A stretch of DNA of 64,000 nucleotides from an uncultured Acidobacteriota bacterium (GTDB taxonomy: Bacteria; Acidobacteriota; Thermoanaerobaculia; Gp7-AA8): the NCBI GenBank assembly GCA_963822445.1, contig CAWGHO010000003.1, positions 384,001-448,000 on the forward strand, written 5' to 3'. Below are positions 1 through 9,391 of this stretch, piece after piece. The notes under the pieces are model-generated. The model was not told where the DNA came from. It was given only the letters and a program-made list of their open reading frames with translations, and did no database searches. The position numbers were made by a program, and so were the translations under genes. Position 1 is the first letter of the stretch, and every line of letters starts with the position of its first letter.

Positions 1-8
1 TCCACCAG

Positions 9-752
9 ATGGGATCGATCCCGATGATCACCTGGGAGCCGTGGGTGGTCGATTTCGACGAGCGGATCCGCACGAACCTCAAGCCGCGCGCTGAACGGGA
101 GTACGCGTCACTGAGCGCGATCGCGAGAGGGGATTACGACTTCTACATCGTGCCCTGGGCCAAGGCCGCCGCCGCGCATCGCAAGCCGATCCTGCTCCGC
201 TTCGCACACGAGATGAATGACCCGTACCGCTATCCATGGGGACCGCAGAACGGCAACCGGCCGGAGGAGTTCGTGGCGGCGTGGAAGCACGTGCATCTGA
301 TCTTCCAGAAGATGAGCGCGACGAATGTGCTGTGGGTCTGGTCGCCGCACGTCTCGATGCCCTGGTTCGAGTATTACTACCCGGGCGCGGAATACGTGGA
401 TTGGCTGGGCGTGGGCGTGCTGAATTACGGCGACGTGGCGTCGTGGTCGCGCTGGTGGAGCTTCCACCAGATTCTGGAGAAGGCCTACCCGACGCTGGCG
501 CGCATGCAGAAGCCGATCATGATCTGCGAGTTCGGCACGCTGTCGAAGGGCGGGGACATGACGGAGTGGTACCGCCAGGCGTTCTACCACATGAATCACA
601 CGTACAGCCGCGGCGTGAAAGCGGTGGTGTTCTTCAACCAACCAAACGACATCACGATCTCCCCCGAGTTCCCGCTGGACTGGAGCCTGATGCAGAGCAC
701 GCGCTCCGCGCAGCTGGTGGGGCAGGAGATGGCCAAGATGTCGGCGATGTGA
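9..752 (+). CDS. Glycoside hydrolase family 26 (beta-mannanase-like) catalytic domain, probably 5'-truncated by the window
   Basis: Motifs LRFAHEMN (acid/base Glu), WVWSP, YYPGAEYVDW and KPIMICEFG (nucleophile Glu); frame is open back to the window start. Confidence 0.85.
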   Translation: MGSIPMITWEPWVVDFDERIRTNLKPRAEREYASLSAIARGDYDFYIVPWAKAAAAHRKPILLRFAHEMNDPYRYPWGPQNGNRPEEFVAAWKHVHLIFQKMSATNVLWVWSPHVSMPWFEYYYPGAEYVDWLGVGVLNYGDVASWSRWWSFHQILEKAYPTLARMQKPIMICEFGTLSKGGDMTEWYRQAFYHMNHTYSRGVKAVVFFNQPNDITISPEFPLDWSLMQSTRSAQLVGQEMAKMSAM

Positions 753-756
753 GCGT

Positions 757-862
757 GTCAGTCGTTAGTGGTTAGTCGTTAGTGATTAGTAGGCCCCGCC
801 CTTCCGAACGTGAAACGGGCGGGGGTCTACTAACGACTAATCACTAACGACTAACCACTATT
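757..862. repeat. Inverted pair of tandem heptamer arrays (GTTAGTS x5 ... SACTAAC x5) around a GC-rich hairpin
   Basis: gtcagtc gttagtg gttagtc gttagtg attagta - gccccgccc..gggcgggg - tactaac gactaat cactaac gactaac cacta, between convergent genes. Confidence 0.9.
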
Positions 863-867
863 CAGGC

Positions 868-3369
868 CTACAACTGCGCGGCCCGCGGTACCCGGTCCTC
901 CGCCCGTTTCGGCAGGAACTTCTCAGCGAACTCCGCGGCGGAAACGGGCTTGCTGATCAGGTAGCCCTGGATCTCGCGGCAATCGTGCCCTTCAAGGAAC
1001 CGGCACTGGATCTCCGACTCCACGCCCTCGGCGATTGTTCGGAGGCCGAGGTGGTTGGCGAGCATGAGGATGGCGGTGATGATCCACTCGTCGTTATCGC
1101 CGCTGACGATGTCCTGCACGAAGCTGCGGTCGATCTTTACCGTATCGACCGGGAAGCGCTTCAGGTAGCTGAGTGACGACTGCCCGGTACCGAAATCGTC
1201 GACGGCGATGGCTATGCCCATCTTCCGCAGCTCGTGGACCATGGCCAGGCTGCGATCGCTGGTCTGCATGGCCACCGTCTCCGTGATCTCCAGCTCCAAG
1301 CGGATCGGCGCGAGGCCCGTCGCCGACAGCACGCGCTCCACCATCCCGACGAAATCGCGCTGGTAGAACTGTCGTGCCGAAACGTTCACGCCCATTCGCG
1401 GCGGCGCACCTCCCTGCGTCTGCCACTGCACCATCTGCTCGCAGGCCTTGCGCAGCACGACTTCGCCGAGCTCGGTGATCAGACCGCTCTGCTCGCAGAC
1501 GGGGAGGAAGCCCGCCGGCCCGAGGAGCGTGCCGTCGGGGCGCTGCCAGCGGACGAGCGCCTCCGCGCCGGAGATCGAGCGCGTCATCATGTGCACCTGC
1601 GGCTGGTAATGCAGCACGAACTCATCGCGCTCCAGCGCGGTGCGGATCTGTTCCTCCAGCGACATCCGGCCGATGGCCCGCCGCGCCTCGCGCGTGCTGA
1701 GCTGCACGTTGTTGCCGCCGGTCTCCTTCACGCGATACATCGCCCCGTCGGCGTGGTGGATCAGCGCGTCCGGCGTCTCGCCGTCGTCCGGAAAGATCGC
1801 CGCGCCGATGCTCGTCGTCACGTAAAGCTCATCGCGATCGACGCTCACCGGCTCGCCGACGCGGGTGAGGATCTTCTTCGCCAGCGTCTCCGCTTCATCC
1901 GTCGCCGTCAGCTCCACCAGGATCAGGAACTCATCGCCGCCCACGCGGGCGACCGTGTCATCGGCGCGCAGCGAGTCATGCAGCCGCTGGGCAACGCACT
2001 TCAGAACGCGATCGCCGACCGCGTGTCCGAACGTGTCGTTGATCGACTTCATGTTGTCGAGGTCGAGGAAAAACACCGCCATCCGCGTGTTGTTGCGCCG
2101 CGCGTGGGCGAGGCCGACGGTCAGCCGGTCCAGGAACAGCGCGCGGTTCGGCAATCCCGTGAGCGCGTCGTGGTACGCCTTGAACGCGATCTCTTCCTCG
2201 GCGCGCTTGCGGTCGGTGATGTCGAGCAGGATTCCTTCGAGCAGCGGCTGCTCGTTCTCGCGCACGACGCGGCGGACATTCTCCAGTGCCCACACCGCGT
2301 TTCCATCGCGTCCGCGCAATTCGACTTCCTCGTTCGCGACGGCGCCCTGCTCGCGCAGGCGGCGGACCATCGAGTCGCGGTGATTCGGGTGGAGGTAGTC
2401 GATCGTGCCGCCGGCCAGGAACTCTTCGCGCGACGCGTAACCGAACAGCTTCGCGCAGGCTTCGTTGCAATCGACGATGTGGCCATCCTCGTTCGCGACG
2501 TAAACACCGGCCAGGTTCCGCTGGAAGAGCAGCCGGTACTTCTCCTCGGACACGGTCAGCTCGTGGGTCCGCTCTTCGACGCGCGCCTCGAGCGTGCGAT
2601 TCAGATCGGCGAGATCGTCGTACGCGCTGGCGACGCGATCGACCATGCCGTTGAATGCACGGGCGAGCTGCCCGACCTCGTCTTCGCTCTTCACATCCGC
2701 GCGTTGCGTGAAATCCCCCGCGGCAATGGCTTCGGACGTCTGGGCGATCCGCTTCAAAGGTCCGGTGATGACGGTGCTGAGCCAGACGACCGCGGCTGTG
2801 CCGAGGAGGAAGGCCAGGAGGGTGACCATGGCGATGGTGGCCCGGCTGCGGGCGGCGTCCGCATTCGCGCTCTTCAACGAAACGCCCGTATAGAGATGTC
2901 CGATGACGCGCCCGCGGTGCCGGACGGGGGACATGGTCTGGTAAATCGCGCCATCCGTGGTCACCCCGCCGACGATGTCCTCCGACGGCGAGCGCGCCAC
3001 ACGGCCCGCCTGCAGAGACTGCTGGGGAACTTCGACCGGCTTCATGGCTACGCGATCGAATGTTGCATGACGCGCAACGAGCTCGTTGAAGCTGGCGAAG
3101 ACCTGCCCCTTTTCATCGAGCAGGATCAGATAGACCAGATCGGGATTGGTGCGGACGCCGGTGAGGGCCGCGGCGACCGCGGCCCGGCTTTTGGCCTGCA
3201 GCCCCTCGGCGACGCTGTACGCGGCCATGCCGCTGACGGCCGCGCTCTCCTGCACCACCGCGCCGACGATCTGGCGGTGCAGCCGCGGGGGAAAATAGGA
3301 GTAAATGGCAATCGAGACGATCGCCAGAAGGATCGTCATCAAAACGGCAATTTTGGTGCGGATGGACAT
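868..3369 (-). CDS. Membrane HAMP-PAS-GGDEF-EAL diguanylate cyclase/phosphodiesterase
   Basis: Two TM segments, HAMP (DEVGQLARAFN), PAS, intact GGDEF (ARVGGDEF), EAL (AEALVRW, DDFGTGQSS). Confidence 0.93.
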   Translation of the reverse strand: MSIRTKIAVLMTILLAIVSIAIYSYFPPRLHRQIVGAVVQESAAVSGMAAYSVAEGLQAKSRAAVAAALTGVRTNPDLVYLILLDEKGQVFASFNELVARHATFDRVAMKPVEVPQQSLQAGRVARSPSEDIVGGVTTDGAIYQTMSPVRHRGRVIGHLYTGVSLKSANADAARSRATIAMVTLLAFLLGTAAVVWLSTVITGPLKRIAQTSEAIAAGDFTQRADVKSEDEVGQLARAFNGMVDRVASAYDDLADLNRTLEARVEERTHELTVSEEKYRLLFQRNLAGVYVANEDGHIVDCNEACAKLFGYASREEFLAGGTIDYLHPNHRDSMVRRLREQGAVANEEVELRGRDGNAVWALENVRRVVRENEQPLLEGILLDITDRKRAEEEIAFKAYHDALTGLPNRALFLDRLTVGLAHARRNNTRMAVFFLDLDNMKSINDTFGHAVGDRVLKCVAQRLHDSLRADDTVARVGGDEFLILVELTATDEAETLAKKILTRVGEPVSVDRDELYVTTSIGAAIFPDDGETPDALIHHADGAMYRVKETGGNNVQLSTREARRAIGRMSLEEQIRTALERDEFVLHYQPQVHMMTRSISGAEALVRWQRPDGTLLGPAGFLPVCEQSGLITELGEVVLRKACEQMVQWQTQGGAPPRMGVNVSARQFYQRDFVGMVERVLSATGLAPIRLELEITETVAMQTSDRSLAMVHELRKMGIAIAVDDFGTGQSSLSYLKRFPVDTVKIDRSFVQDIVSGDNDEWIITAILMLANHLGLRTIAEGVESEIQCRFLEGHDCREIQGYLISKPVSAAEFAEKFLPKRAEDRVPRAAQL

Positions 3370-3486
3370 TGTTCAATGGGCGCGCTTTAGTAAACTCCGC
3401 ACCCAGGTAGCAGCGCCGCTCGTAGCTGATCGAGCCCGCCCGGATAGCAAAGACAAAGCCACGTGACCAAGTCCCTTCGAGTAAGG

Positions 3487-5286
3487 ATGTTCGTGCGTGC
3501 CTGGCTCGCCCTCGGGCTTGCCTCTGCCTTCGCTGCGGCCGCTTCGGCCGGGACGATCACCGGGACGATCCGGGCCGCCGATACCGGCCTTGCGCTCGGC
3601 GGAAAAGTGGCTGCCGCGTATGACACAACCGGTACTTTACGCGGAACCGCAACCAGCGATGTGACGGGCGTCTATGTTTTGACCCTGCCGGCCGGATCCT
3701 ACCGGGTCTTGGCCTACGACCTGGACGGCGTTTACGCGACGATGTTCGACGCCAACGCGGAGTCCTTCGAGACCTCGCCGGTGACGACGATCGGGACTAC
3801 GAACAGCGTCCAGCGCGACTTTTCTCTCGTCGCCGGAGGGACGATTTCCGGGACTGTGACCGCCACGAGCGGCGCGCCACGCGCCGATGCGGTGGTCGAG
3901 GCCTACAACCTCTCCGGAACGCGGCGCGGGTTCACTACGACCAACGCCCAGGGTCAGTTTTCGCTGGTACTTCCGCCGGGCGACTACAAGCTCCTCGCCT
4001 TCGACTCGACGCCGCAGTTCTCCTTCAGCTTCTTCCGCGACGCCATCGCCTTCGCTGATGCCTTGCCGATCACCGTGCGGGCCGCGCAAGGGAGCGCCGC
4101 GACTTTCCGGCTGCCGCTGGCCGGACGGATCACCGGCGGGGTGATCGATGCCGCGACCGGTCTGCCGCTGAATGGGATCACCGTTTACGCATACACCGCC
4201 GCTGGCTCACTGGTCATGGCCACGACCACGAACGCCAACGGCTCGTTCGCTTTTTCGCTGCCGCCCGGGTCGTATCGAATCGTGGCCGCCGATTTATCGC
4301 GGCATTTCGCGACCGGCTTCGGTGGCAACACGAACGCCTTCGCGACCTCGACAGTGATCAACCTCAGTGCTGCAGGGCAGGCTGGTGCGCAGATCTCGCT
4401 GGCACCCGCGGCGACGATCGAAGGCCGCGTGGTCGATGCGTTCGGTGCTCCGGTCGCGAACGTCACCGCGGCCGCGTACAACCTCGACGGCACACTGCAT
4501 TCATCGGCGCTCACCAAGGCTGACGGCACTTACGAGCTGCTGGTCGCTCCCGGCGCGTACAAGCTGGTGGTGTTCGATGCGCAGTCGGTCTACGCGACGC
4601 GATTCTTCGGCGGCGCGCGTGAGTTCGCGGCCACCAGCTCGGTGGCCCTCGCCTCCGGCCAGCACCTGCGCGGATTCGACTTCAGCGTCGTTCTCGGCGG
4701 TATCGTCACCGGAACCGTTCGCGAGGGCTCGGCGACACGCGCGGGAATCACCGTCGCTGCCTACGACGCCGCCGGCTCGCTCGTGGCCACCGCCATCACC
4801 GATGCGAACGGCGTCTACAGGTTCGTCGTGCCGCCCGGCGACTACCGCATCGTCGCCTTCGACGTCGACCTTCGCTATGCGCCTTCGTACGACCAGGGAG
4901 CGAACAGCTTCGATCAGACAGTGCCCCGTACGGTGAGCGCCGGCGGAACGGTGAACGTCGACATCTCCCTCCGCCGCGGCGTTGCCGTAGCGGGGGACGT
5001 CGTCGATGCAACCGGCCATGGTCTGAGCGGCGTGAATGTGTTCGCCCTGGATGCCGCGGGCAATCGCGTCGCCGGCGGTGTTGCGTCAGACGGAACGTTC
5101 GCGTTCGCCGTCCCGGCCGGGGCGTACAAGTTCGTGGCGATCGACAGTGCAGGCCGCTATGGGGTGACTTACTGGCAGCGCGCCAAAACCCTTGCCGCCG
5201 CGGAATGGGTGACCGTGTCCGCGCAAACGCCGCGGATCACGTTCGTGCTCGAGCCGGCGTTGCGCCGCCGCGGTGTAAGACATTAA
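3487..5286 (+). CDS. Secreted protein with about six carboxypeptidase-regulatory-like (beta-sandwich) repeats
   Basis: Signal peptide (ALGLASAFAAAASA); repeated GxIxGxV...VxAYxxxG...GxYxxxLPxGxY units; ends RRRGVRH; start uncertain (3463/3487/3493). Confidence 0.8.
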   Translation: MFVRAWLALGLASAFAAAASAGTITGTIRAADTGLALGGKVAAAYDTTGTLRGTATSDVTGVYVLTLPAGSYRVLAYDLDGVYATMFDANAESFETSPVTTIGTTNSVQRDFSLVAGGTISGTVTATSGAPRADAVVEAYNLSGTRRGFTTTNAQGQFSLVLPPGDYKLLAFDSTPQFSFSFFRDAIAFADALPITVRAAQGSAATFRLPLAGRITGGVIDAATGLPLNGITVYAYTAAGSLVMATTTNANGSFAFSLPPGSYRIVAADLSRHFATGFGGNTNAFATSTVINLSAAGQAGAQISLAPAATIEGRVVDAFGAPVANVTAAAYNLDGTLHSSALTKADGTYELLVAPGAYKLVVFDAQSVYATRFFGGAREFAATSSVALASGQHLRGFDFSVVLGGIVTGTVREGSATRAGITVAAYDAAGSLVATAITDANGVYRFVVPPGDYRIVAFDVDLRYAPSYDQGANSFDQTVPRTVSAGGTVNVDISLRRGVAVAGDVVDATGHGLSGVNVFALDAAGNRVAGGVASDGTFAFAVPAGAYKFVAIDSAGRYGVTYWQRAKTLAAAEWVTVSAQTPRITFVLEPALRRRGVRH

Positions 5287-5324
5287 TCGGTGTGGTGCAG
5301 GCCTCCGGCCTGCCTCTCGTCGCC

Positions 5325-5822
5325 TTACACACGCGGCACAGCAATTTCAGCGACGCTCGCGTTCGGCAGCTTCAACAATTCCTGCGGCGCGAGCCGCGCC
5401 TTACTGCTGCGGTTGCCGCCGCCGATGATCACCCGCGGCGCTTCCATCACTTTCTGATCGATGTAAAGCGGCAGATCGGCCGGCAAACCGGCGATGGAGA
5501 CACCTCCGATGAGCATTCCCGTGAGCTCAGCGGTTTCTTCCGCGGATGCAAACGACATCTGCTTGACCCCGGTGATCTCGCGTAGGCGCTTGTTGACGTC
5601 GAGCCGCGTATCGGCGCGAACGAGACAGGCCACATAGCGCCGCGGATTCGTCTTCAGTACGACCACGATCGCATTGCACGCCTCGGTCGCCGCAATTCCG
5701 TAATGCGCGCAGAACTCGGCCGTGTCCGCCAGCTCCGGCGCGCACGCGAGCACTTCGTAATCGATTTCGTTTGCGTCCAGCGATTCGCGCACGCGTTCGT
5801 CGAGGATTGATTTGTCAGGCAT
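5325..5822 (-). CDS. YbaK/EbsC (aminoacyl-tRNA editing) family protein
   Basis: SFASAEET.ELTGMLIGGVS and IIGGGNRSSK motifs; RBS GAAAGGGG. Confidence 0.8.
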   Translation of the reverse strand: MPDKSILDERVRESLDANEIDYEVLACAPELADTAEFCAHYGIAATEACNAIVVVLKTNPRRYVACLVRADTRLDVNKRLREITGVKQMSFASAEETAELTGMLIGGVSIAGLPADLPLYIDQKVMEAPRVIIGGGNRSSKARLAPQELLKLPNASVAEIAVPRV

Positions 5823-5892
5823 TTGGCCCCTTTCTTACAGCAGTCCGTCGGCATGCATCACGCAATTGTTTTGCATCGGAGGAAAAACGCCA

Positions 5893-6486
5893 ATGCCCAA
5901 CGCCATCACGATGTTGAAATCCGACCACGCCACGGTCAAGAGACTTCTCCGCGAGCTTTCGGAGACCACCGAGCGCGCCGTCAAACAACGCGAACAGCTC
6001 GTTTCGCAGATCGAGCGCGAGCTCAAGACGCACGCCCAGGCCGAAGAGGAGATCTTTTACCCCGCATTCAAAGCGGCGGCTGAGAAGTCGGAAGCGGTCG
6101 ACCTGTTTTACGAGGCCGCCGAAGAACATCACGTCGTCGACATGGTCCTCCCGGCCCTGAAGGTGGCCAACCCGAAGTCGAAGGAGTTCACCGCCAAGGC
6201 CAAGGTGCTCAAGGACCTGGTCGAGCATCACATCAAGGAAGAAGAAGGACAGATGTTCGCCGCCGCGCGGCAGTTGTTCGATGAGGAAGAGCTGCGCGAG
6301 CTGGGGGACATGATGCAGGCCCGCAAGGACGCCATCGAAGCGATGTGGGACAACCCGCTGCTCCGCCCGGTGAAGAAGCTTCAGGGCCTGGTGCACAAGG
6401 CCCTGCCCACGAAGGTGAAAACCGCGAAAGCCACCGCCCTCGGCAAGGGAATGATGCGCGAGCTGGGGAGAGAGGAAGTGCGGTAA
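5893..6486 (+). CDS. Hemerythrin/HHE cation-binding domain protein
   Basis: DH..V, H..AEEEIFYP, EEH, HHIKEEE motifs; RBS GGAGG before ATG 5893. Confidence 0.88.
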   Translation: MPNAITMLKSDHATVKRLLRELSETTERAVKQREQLVSQIERELKTHAQAEEEIFYPAFKAAAEKSEAVDLFYEAAEEHHVVDMVLPALKVANPKSKEFTAKAKVLKDLVEHHIKEEEGQMFAAARQLFDEEELRELGDMMQARKDAIEAMWDNPLLRPVKKLQGLVHKALPTKVKTAKATALGKGMMRELGREEVR

Positions 6487-6495
6487 CGCGCTCGC

Positions 6496-6570
6496 GCAGG
6501 AACGAGCAACGAGGCACGAGGTACGAGTGAAGTCTTTACTCGTGCCTCGTCCCTCGTGCCTCGCACCTGC
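6496..6570. repeat. Inverted pair of tandem heptamer arrays (HACGAGG x4 ... CCTCGTG x4)
   Basis: gcagg aacgagc aacgagg cacgagg tacgagt - gaagtcttt - actcgtg cctcgtc cctcgtg cctcgca cctgc, between convergent genes. Confidence 0.88.
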
Positions 6571-8261
6571 TAGGCCACCAACTCCTCCACCGCCCGCGGC
6601 TCGGCCACGAAATACCCCTGCACGTAATCGATGCCGATCTCCTCGCACATTGCGAACTGCTCGGCCGTCTCCACCCCTTCGGCCACGATGTCCAGGCCGA
6701 GGTTGTGGGCGAGGGTTGCCACGGTCGTCACCATTTCGCGGTGCTCGACCGACGTGGCGATGCCGGCGATCAGCGTCCGATCGATCTTCAGCGACGTGAA
6801 CGGATAGCGCAGCAGGGAGACCAGCGACGAATAGCCGACGCCGAAATCGTCGATGCACAGTTGAATGCCCAGCGAGCGCACCGCGTGCAGCGCGCGCGCC
6901 GCTGATTCCGGATGCGCGGCAATGGCCGTCTCCGTGACCTCCAGGCGCACGCGGCGCGGCGGAACGCCGTTGCTGCGCACCGTGCGATCGATGCGCTCCA
7001 CGAGATCGGGCTGCTGCAGCTGCATCGCCGACAGATTCACGTTCACGATCGCGTCGTCGAGCTTGTGGTTCCACTCGATCAGATCGCGGCACACGCGATC
7101 GAGCACCCACTCGCCGATTTCCAGAATGCTCCCCGTCTCCTCGGCCACCGGAATGAACGCCGCCGGCCCGATCGCGCCGCGCGTCGGATGATTCCAGCGC
7201 AACAACGCCTCGAAGCCCGCCAGGCGGCGCTCGCGCATCGTCACGATGGGCTGGTAGACGAGATGAAGCTGATCGCGCTCGATGGCGCGGCGGAGATCCA
7301 TCTCGATCTGCATCCGTTCGAACGCCTCCACGCGCATGGCGTCGTGGAACAGCTCCGAGCGAGCCTTGCCCGCGGCCTTCGCGCGGTACATGGCCGTGCC
7401 CGCGTCGCGCAGCACTTCGCCGGCCGCGTGGTACTGCCGCCGCGAGCAGGCGATGCCGATGCTCGCGGTCGTGTAGATGTCCTGCCCCTGAATGGAAAAG
7501 GGAACGGCGATCGCGCCGCCGATGCGGTCGGCGATCTCCGTCGCGCCGGTCTCGTTCGCGCCGTCGAGCAGGATTCCGAATTCGTCGCTGGTCAGGCGCG
7601 CGACGAGATCTGCCGGCCGGATCGCCGCACGGATGCGATGTGCGGTCGCGGCGAGGAGCGTGTCGCCGGCTCGGTGGCCGAGGCTGTCGTTGATGATGTT
7701 GAAGCGATCGAGGTCGAGGAGCAGCACCGCGAAGGGGCGGGCCGAATCGACGGCCAGCTCGACCTGCTGCTCGAACTGCTTGCGGTTCGGCAGCGTGGTC
7801 AGCTCGTCGCGCATCGCTTTCGCCTGCGCGAGGGAGAGCGCTTCGTGGAGGATGCGCGCGCGCAGCTCCGCGCTCGCGCGTGCCGCGGTGAACTCCAGCA
7901 CCGCGCGGACGACTTCGTTGTCCTCGAACGGCTTGTCGCGCATCACGGCAAGCCAGCCGACCAGCGCTTCGCCGTCGGCGAGCGCGATGCCGGCGTACTG
8001 TCCGTCGGAGTAGTACCCGCGCTCGATCACCTCACGGCAGGGGCGACCGGAAAGCGCGAAGTGATCCGCCTCGAACGGACCGCCTTCGCCGTGAAAGGCC
8101 ACCGTGCGTCCGCGCAGCGGCTCGCGATCGGTGAGCTCCGCCACGAACGCAAAGTCCGCTTCCAGCATCTCCGCGAGCTCGCGGAGGAGCGCACTGAAGA
8201 AGCAGTCGGATGCCGTGGCGGAAATGCCGCGGACGAGTCGTAATAGATGCGGCGAAGTCAT
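6570..8261 (-). CDS. GAF-like + degenerate GGDEF (TSDEF) + EAL protein, probable c-di-GMP phosphodiesterase
   Basis: LTTLPNR, DLDRF..INDSLGH, ARLTSDEF, FEALLRW, DDFGVGYSS. Confidence 0.88.
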   Translation of the reverse strand: MTSPHLLRLVRGISATASDCFFSALLRELAEMLEADFAFVAELTDREPLRGRTVAFHGEGGPFEADHFALSGRPCREVIERGYYSDGQYAGIALADGEALVGWLAVMRDKPFEDNEVVRAVLEFTAARASAELRARILHEALSLAQAKAMRDELTTLPNRKQFEQQVELAVDSARPFAVLLLDLDRFNIINDSLGHRAGDTLLAATAHRIRAAIRPADLVARLTSDEFGILLDGANETGATEIADRIGGAIAVPFSIQGQDIYTTASIGIACSRRQYHAAGEVLRDAGTAMYRAKAAGKARSELFHDAMRVEAFERMQIEMDLRRAIERDQLHLVYQPIVTMRERRLAGFEALLRWNHPTRGAIGPAAFIPVAEETGSILEIGEWVLDRVCRDLIEWNHKLDDAIVNVNLSAMQLQQPDLVERIDRTVRSNGVPPRRVRLEVTETAIAAHPESAARALHAVRSLGIQLCIDDFGVGYSSLVSLLRYPFTSLKIDRTLIAGIATSVEHREMVTTVATLAHNLGLDIVAEGVETAEQFAMCEEIGIDYVQGYFVAEPRAVEELVA

Positions 8262-8284
8262 TCGGGACGATTGGATGCCCGAAA

Positions 8285-8300
8285 CTGTAACCGGTTACAG
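8285..8300. promoter_or_regulatory. Perfect 16-bp palindrome, LacI-family-like operator
   Basis: CTGTAACCGGTTACAG, about 24 bp upstream of the EAL gene start; partial second copy AACCGGTTAC at 8334-8343. Confidence 0.6.
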
Positions 8301-8328
8301 AAATTTCCCGCGGTGACCTGTCTCACGG

Positions 8329-9318
8329 TCAGGAACCGGTTACGACAACGACACGGCCGCGCACGCGTCCACCAAGAATGTCATCTGACAGTTCGTGAAT
8401 GCGCGAAAGCGGTTCCTTTCGGGAAAGACTCGCCAATTTCGTCGCATCGATGTTGCGGGCGAGCCGCGACCACGCTTCGATCCGTTTCGGCTTCGCCGTG
8501 TGAATCGAGCTGACGCCGAGGAGCGACACGTTGCGGAGGATGAGCGGCCACACCGTCGTGTTCAATTCATGACCGCCGGCCATGCCGCAGCAGGCGATGG
8601 CGCCTTCGTACGCGGTCTGGGCGAAGAGATTCGCCAGGGTCTGGCCGCCGACCGTGTCGACGCCGCCCGCCCATTTCTCCGATTGCAGCGGTCCGCCCTT
8701 CTTCGCGAGCTCGTCGCGCTCGAGGATCGACGAAGCGCCAAGCCCGCGAAGGTAATCCGCTTCCTCGGGGCGGCCCGTCGACGCCGCGACGCGATAGCCG
8801 AGCTTCGCCAGCAGCAGCACCGCGATCGATCCCACGCCGCCGGCGGCTCCGGTCACGACCACCTCGCGCTCCGACGGAACGACGCCCGCCTGCTCGAGAG
8901 CCATGACGCAGAGCATGGCCGTGAAGCCGGCCGTGCCGATCTGCATAGCCTGCTCGAGCGACAGGCCCTCGGGCAGCGGCACGAGCGCGTTCGCCGGCAC
9001 GCGCTGGCGTTCGGTGTAACCGCCCCATTCCGTTTCGCCGAGGCCGTGGGCGAGCCCGATCACGCGCTGGCCGGGCTTGAATTCATCCGTCGTCGACGCG
9101 CCGACCGTGCCGGCCAGGTCGATGCCGAGGACCATGGGAAAGCGTCGAATGATCTTCCCCCGCCCCGTCACCGCCAGCGCGTCCTTGTAATTGAGCGAGG
9201 AGTACTCGACGTCGACCGTGACCTCGCCGTTCTGCGGCAGATCGTCGTCGGTGAGCGTTTCGAGGGAGGTGGTGTATCCATCCGCCGTCTGGCGGGCGAT
9301 GAGTGCGCGGAAGGTCAT
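8329..9318 (-). CDS. acuI: YhdH/AcuI-family NADPH oxidoreductase (acryloyl-CoA reductase-like, MDR)
   Basis: YSSLNYKDALA, GIDLAG, IGTAGFTA, TGAAGGVGS, PLILRNVSLLGV. Confidence 0.88.
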   Translation of the reverse strand: MTFRALIARQTADGYTTSLETLTDDDLPQNGEVTVDVEYSSLNYKDALAVTGRGKIIRRFPMVLGIDLAGTVGASTTDEFKPGQRVIGLAHGLGETEWGGYTERQRVPANALVPLPEGLSLEQAMQIGTAGFTAMLCVMALEQAGVVPSEREVVVTGAAGGVGSIAVLLLAKLGYRVAASTGRPEEADYLRGLGASSILERDELAKKGGPLQSEKWAGGVDTVGGQTLANLFAQTAYEGAIACCGMAGGHELNTTVWPLILRNVSLLGVSSIHTAKPKRIEAWSRLARNIDATKLASLSRKEPLSRIHELSDDILGGRVRGRVVVVTGS

Positions 9319-9330
9319 TTGGGAATCTTA

Positions 9331-9354
9331 GTGGTTGCGGGGTTGCTGGGTTGC
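9331..9354. repeat. Single-arm tandem octamer array (GGGGTTGC-like x3)
   Basis: gtggttgc ggggttgc tgggttgc; same unit as the arms flanking the four-helix-bundle gene. Confidence 0.65.
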
Positions 9355-9391
9355 CGAAGGATTTCCGCGTCCGCACCCGTCCAACGGGTAC

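Noticed and set aside
1234-3390. Long antisense ORFs (e.g. 1234-3390, 6912-8243, 22215-24224, 51596-53785)
   Set aside because: Shadow or alternate frames of well-supported genes, typical of high-GC DNA; no motifs
5848-5865. Possible sigma54 promoter (CGGCATG-N4-ACGC) before the hemerythrin gene
   Set aside because: GG-N10-GC spacing fits but the -12 box is poor; not supportable
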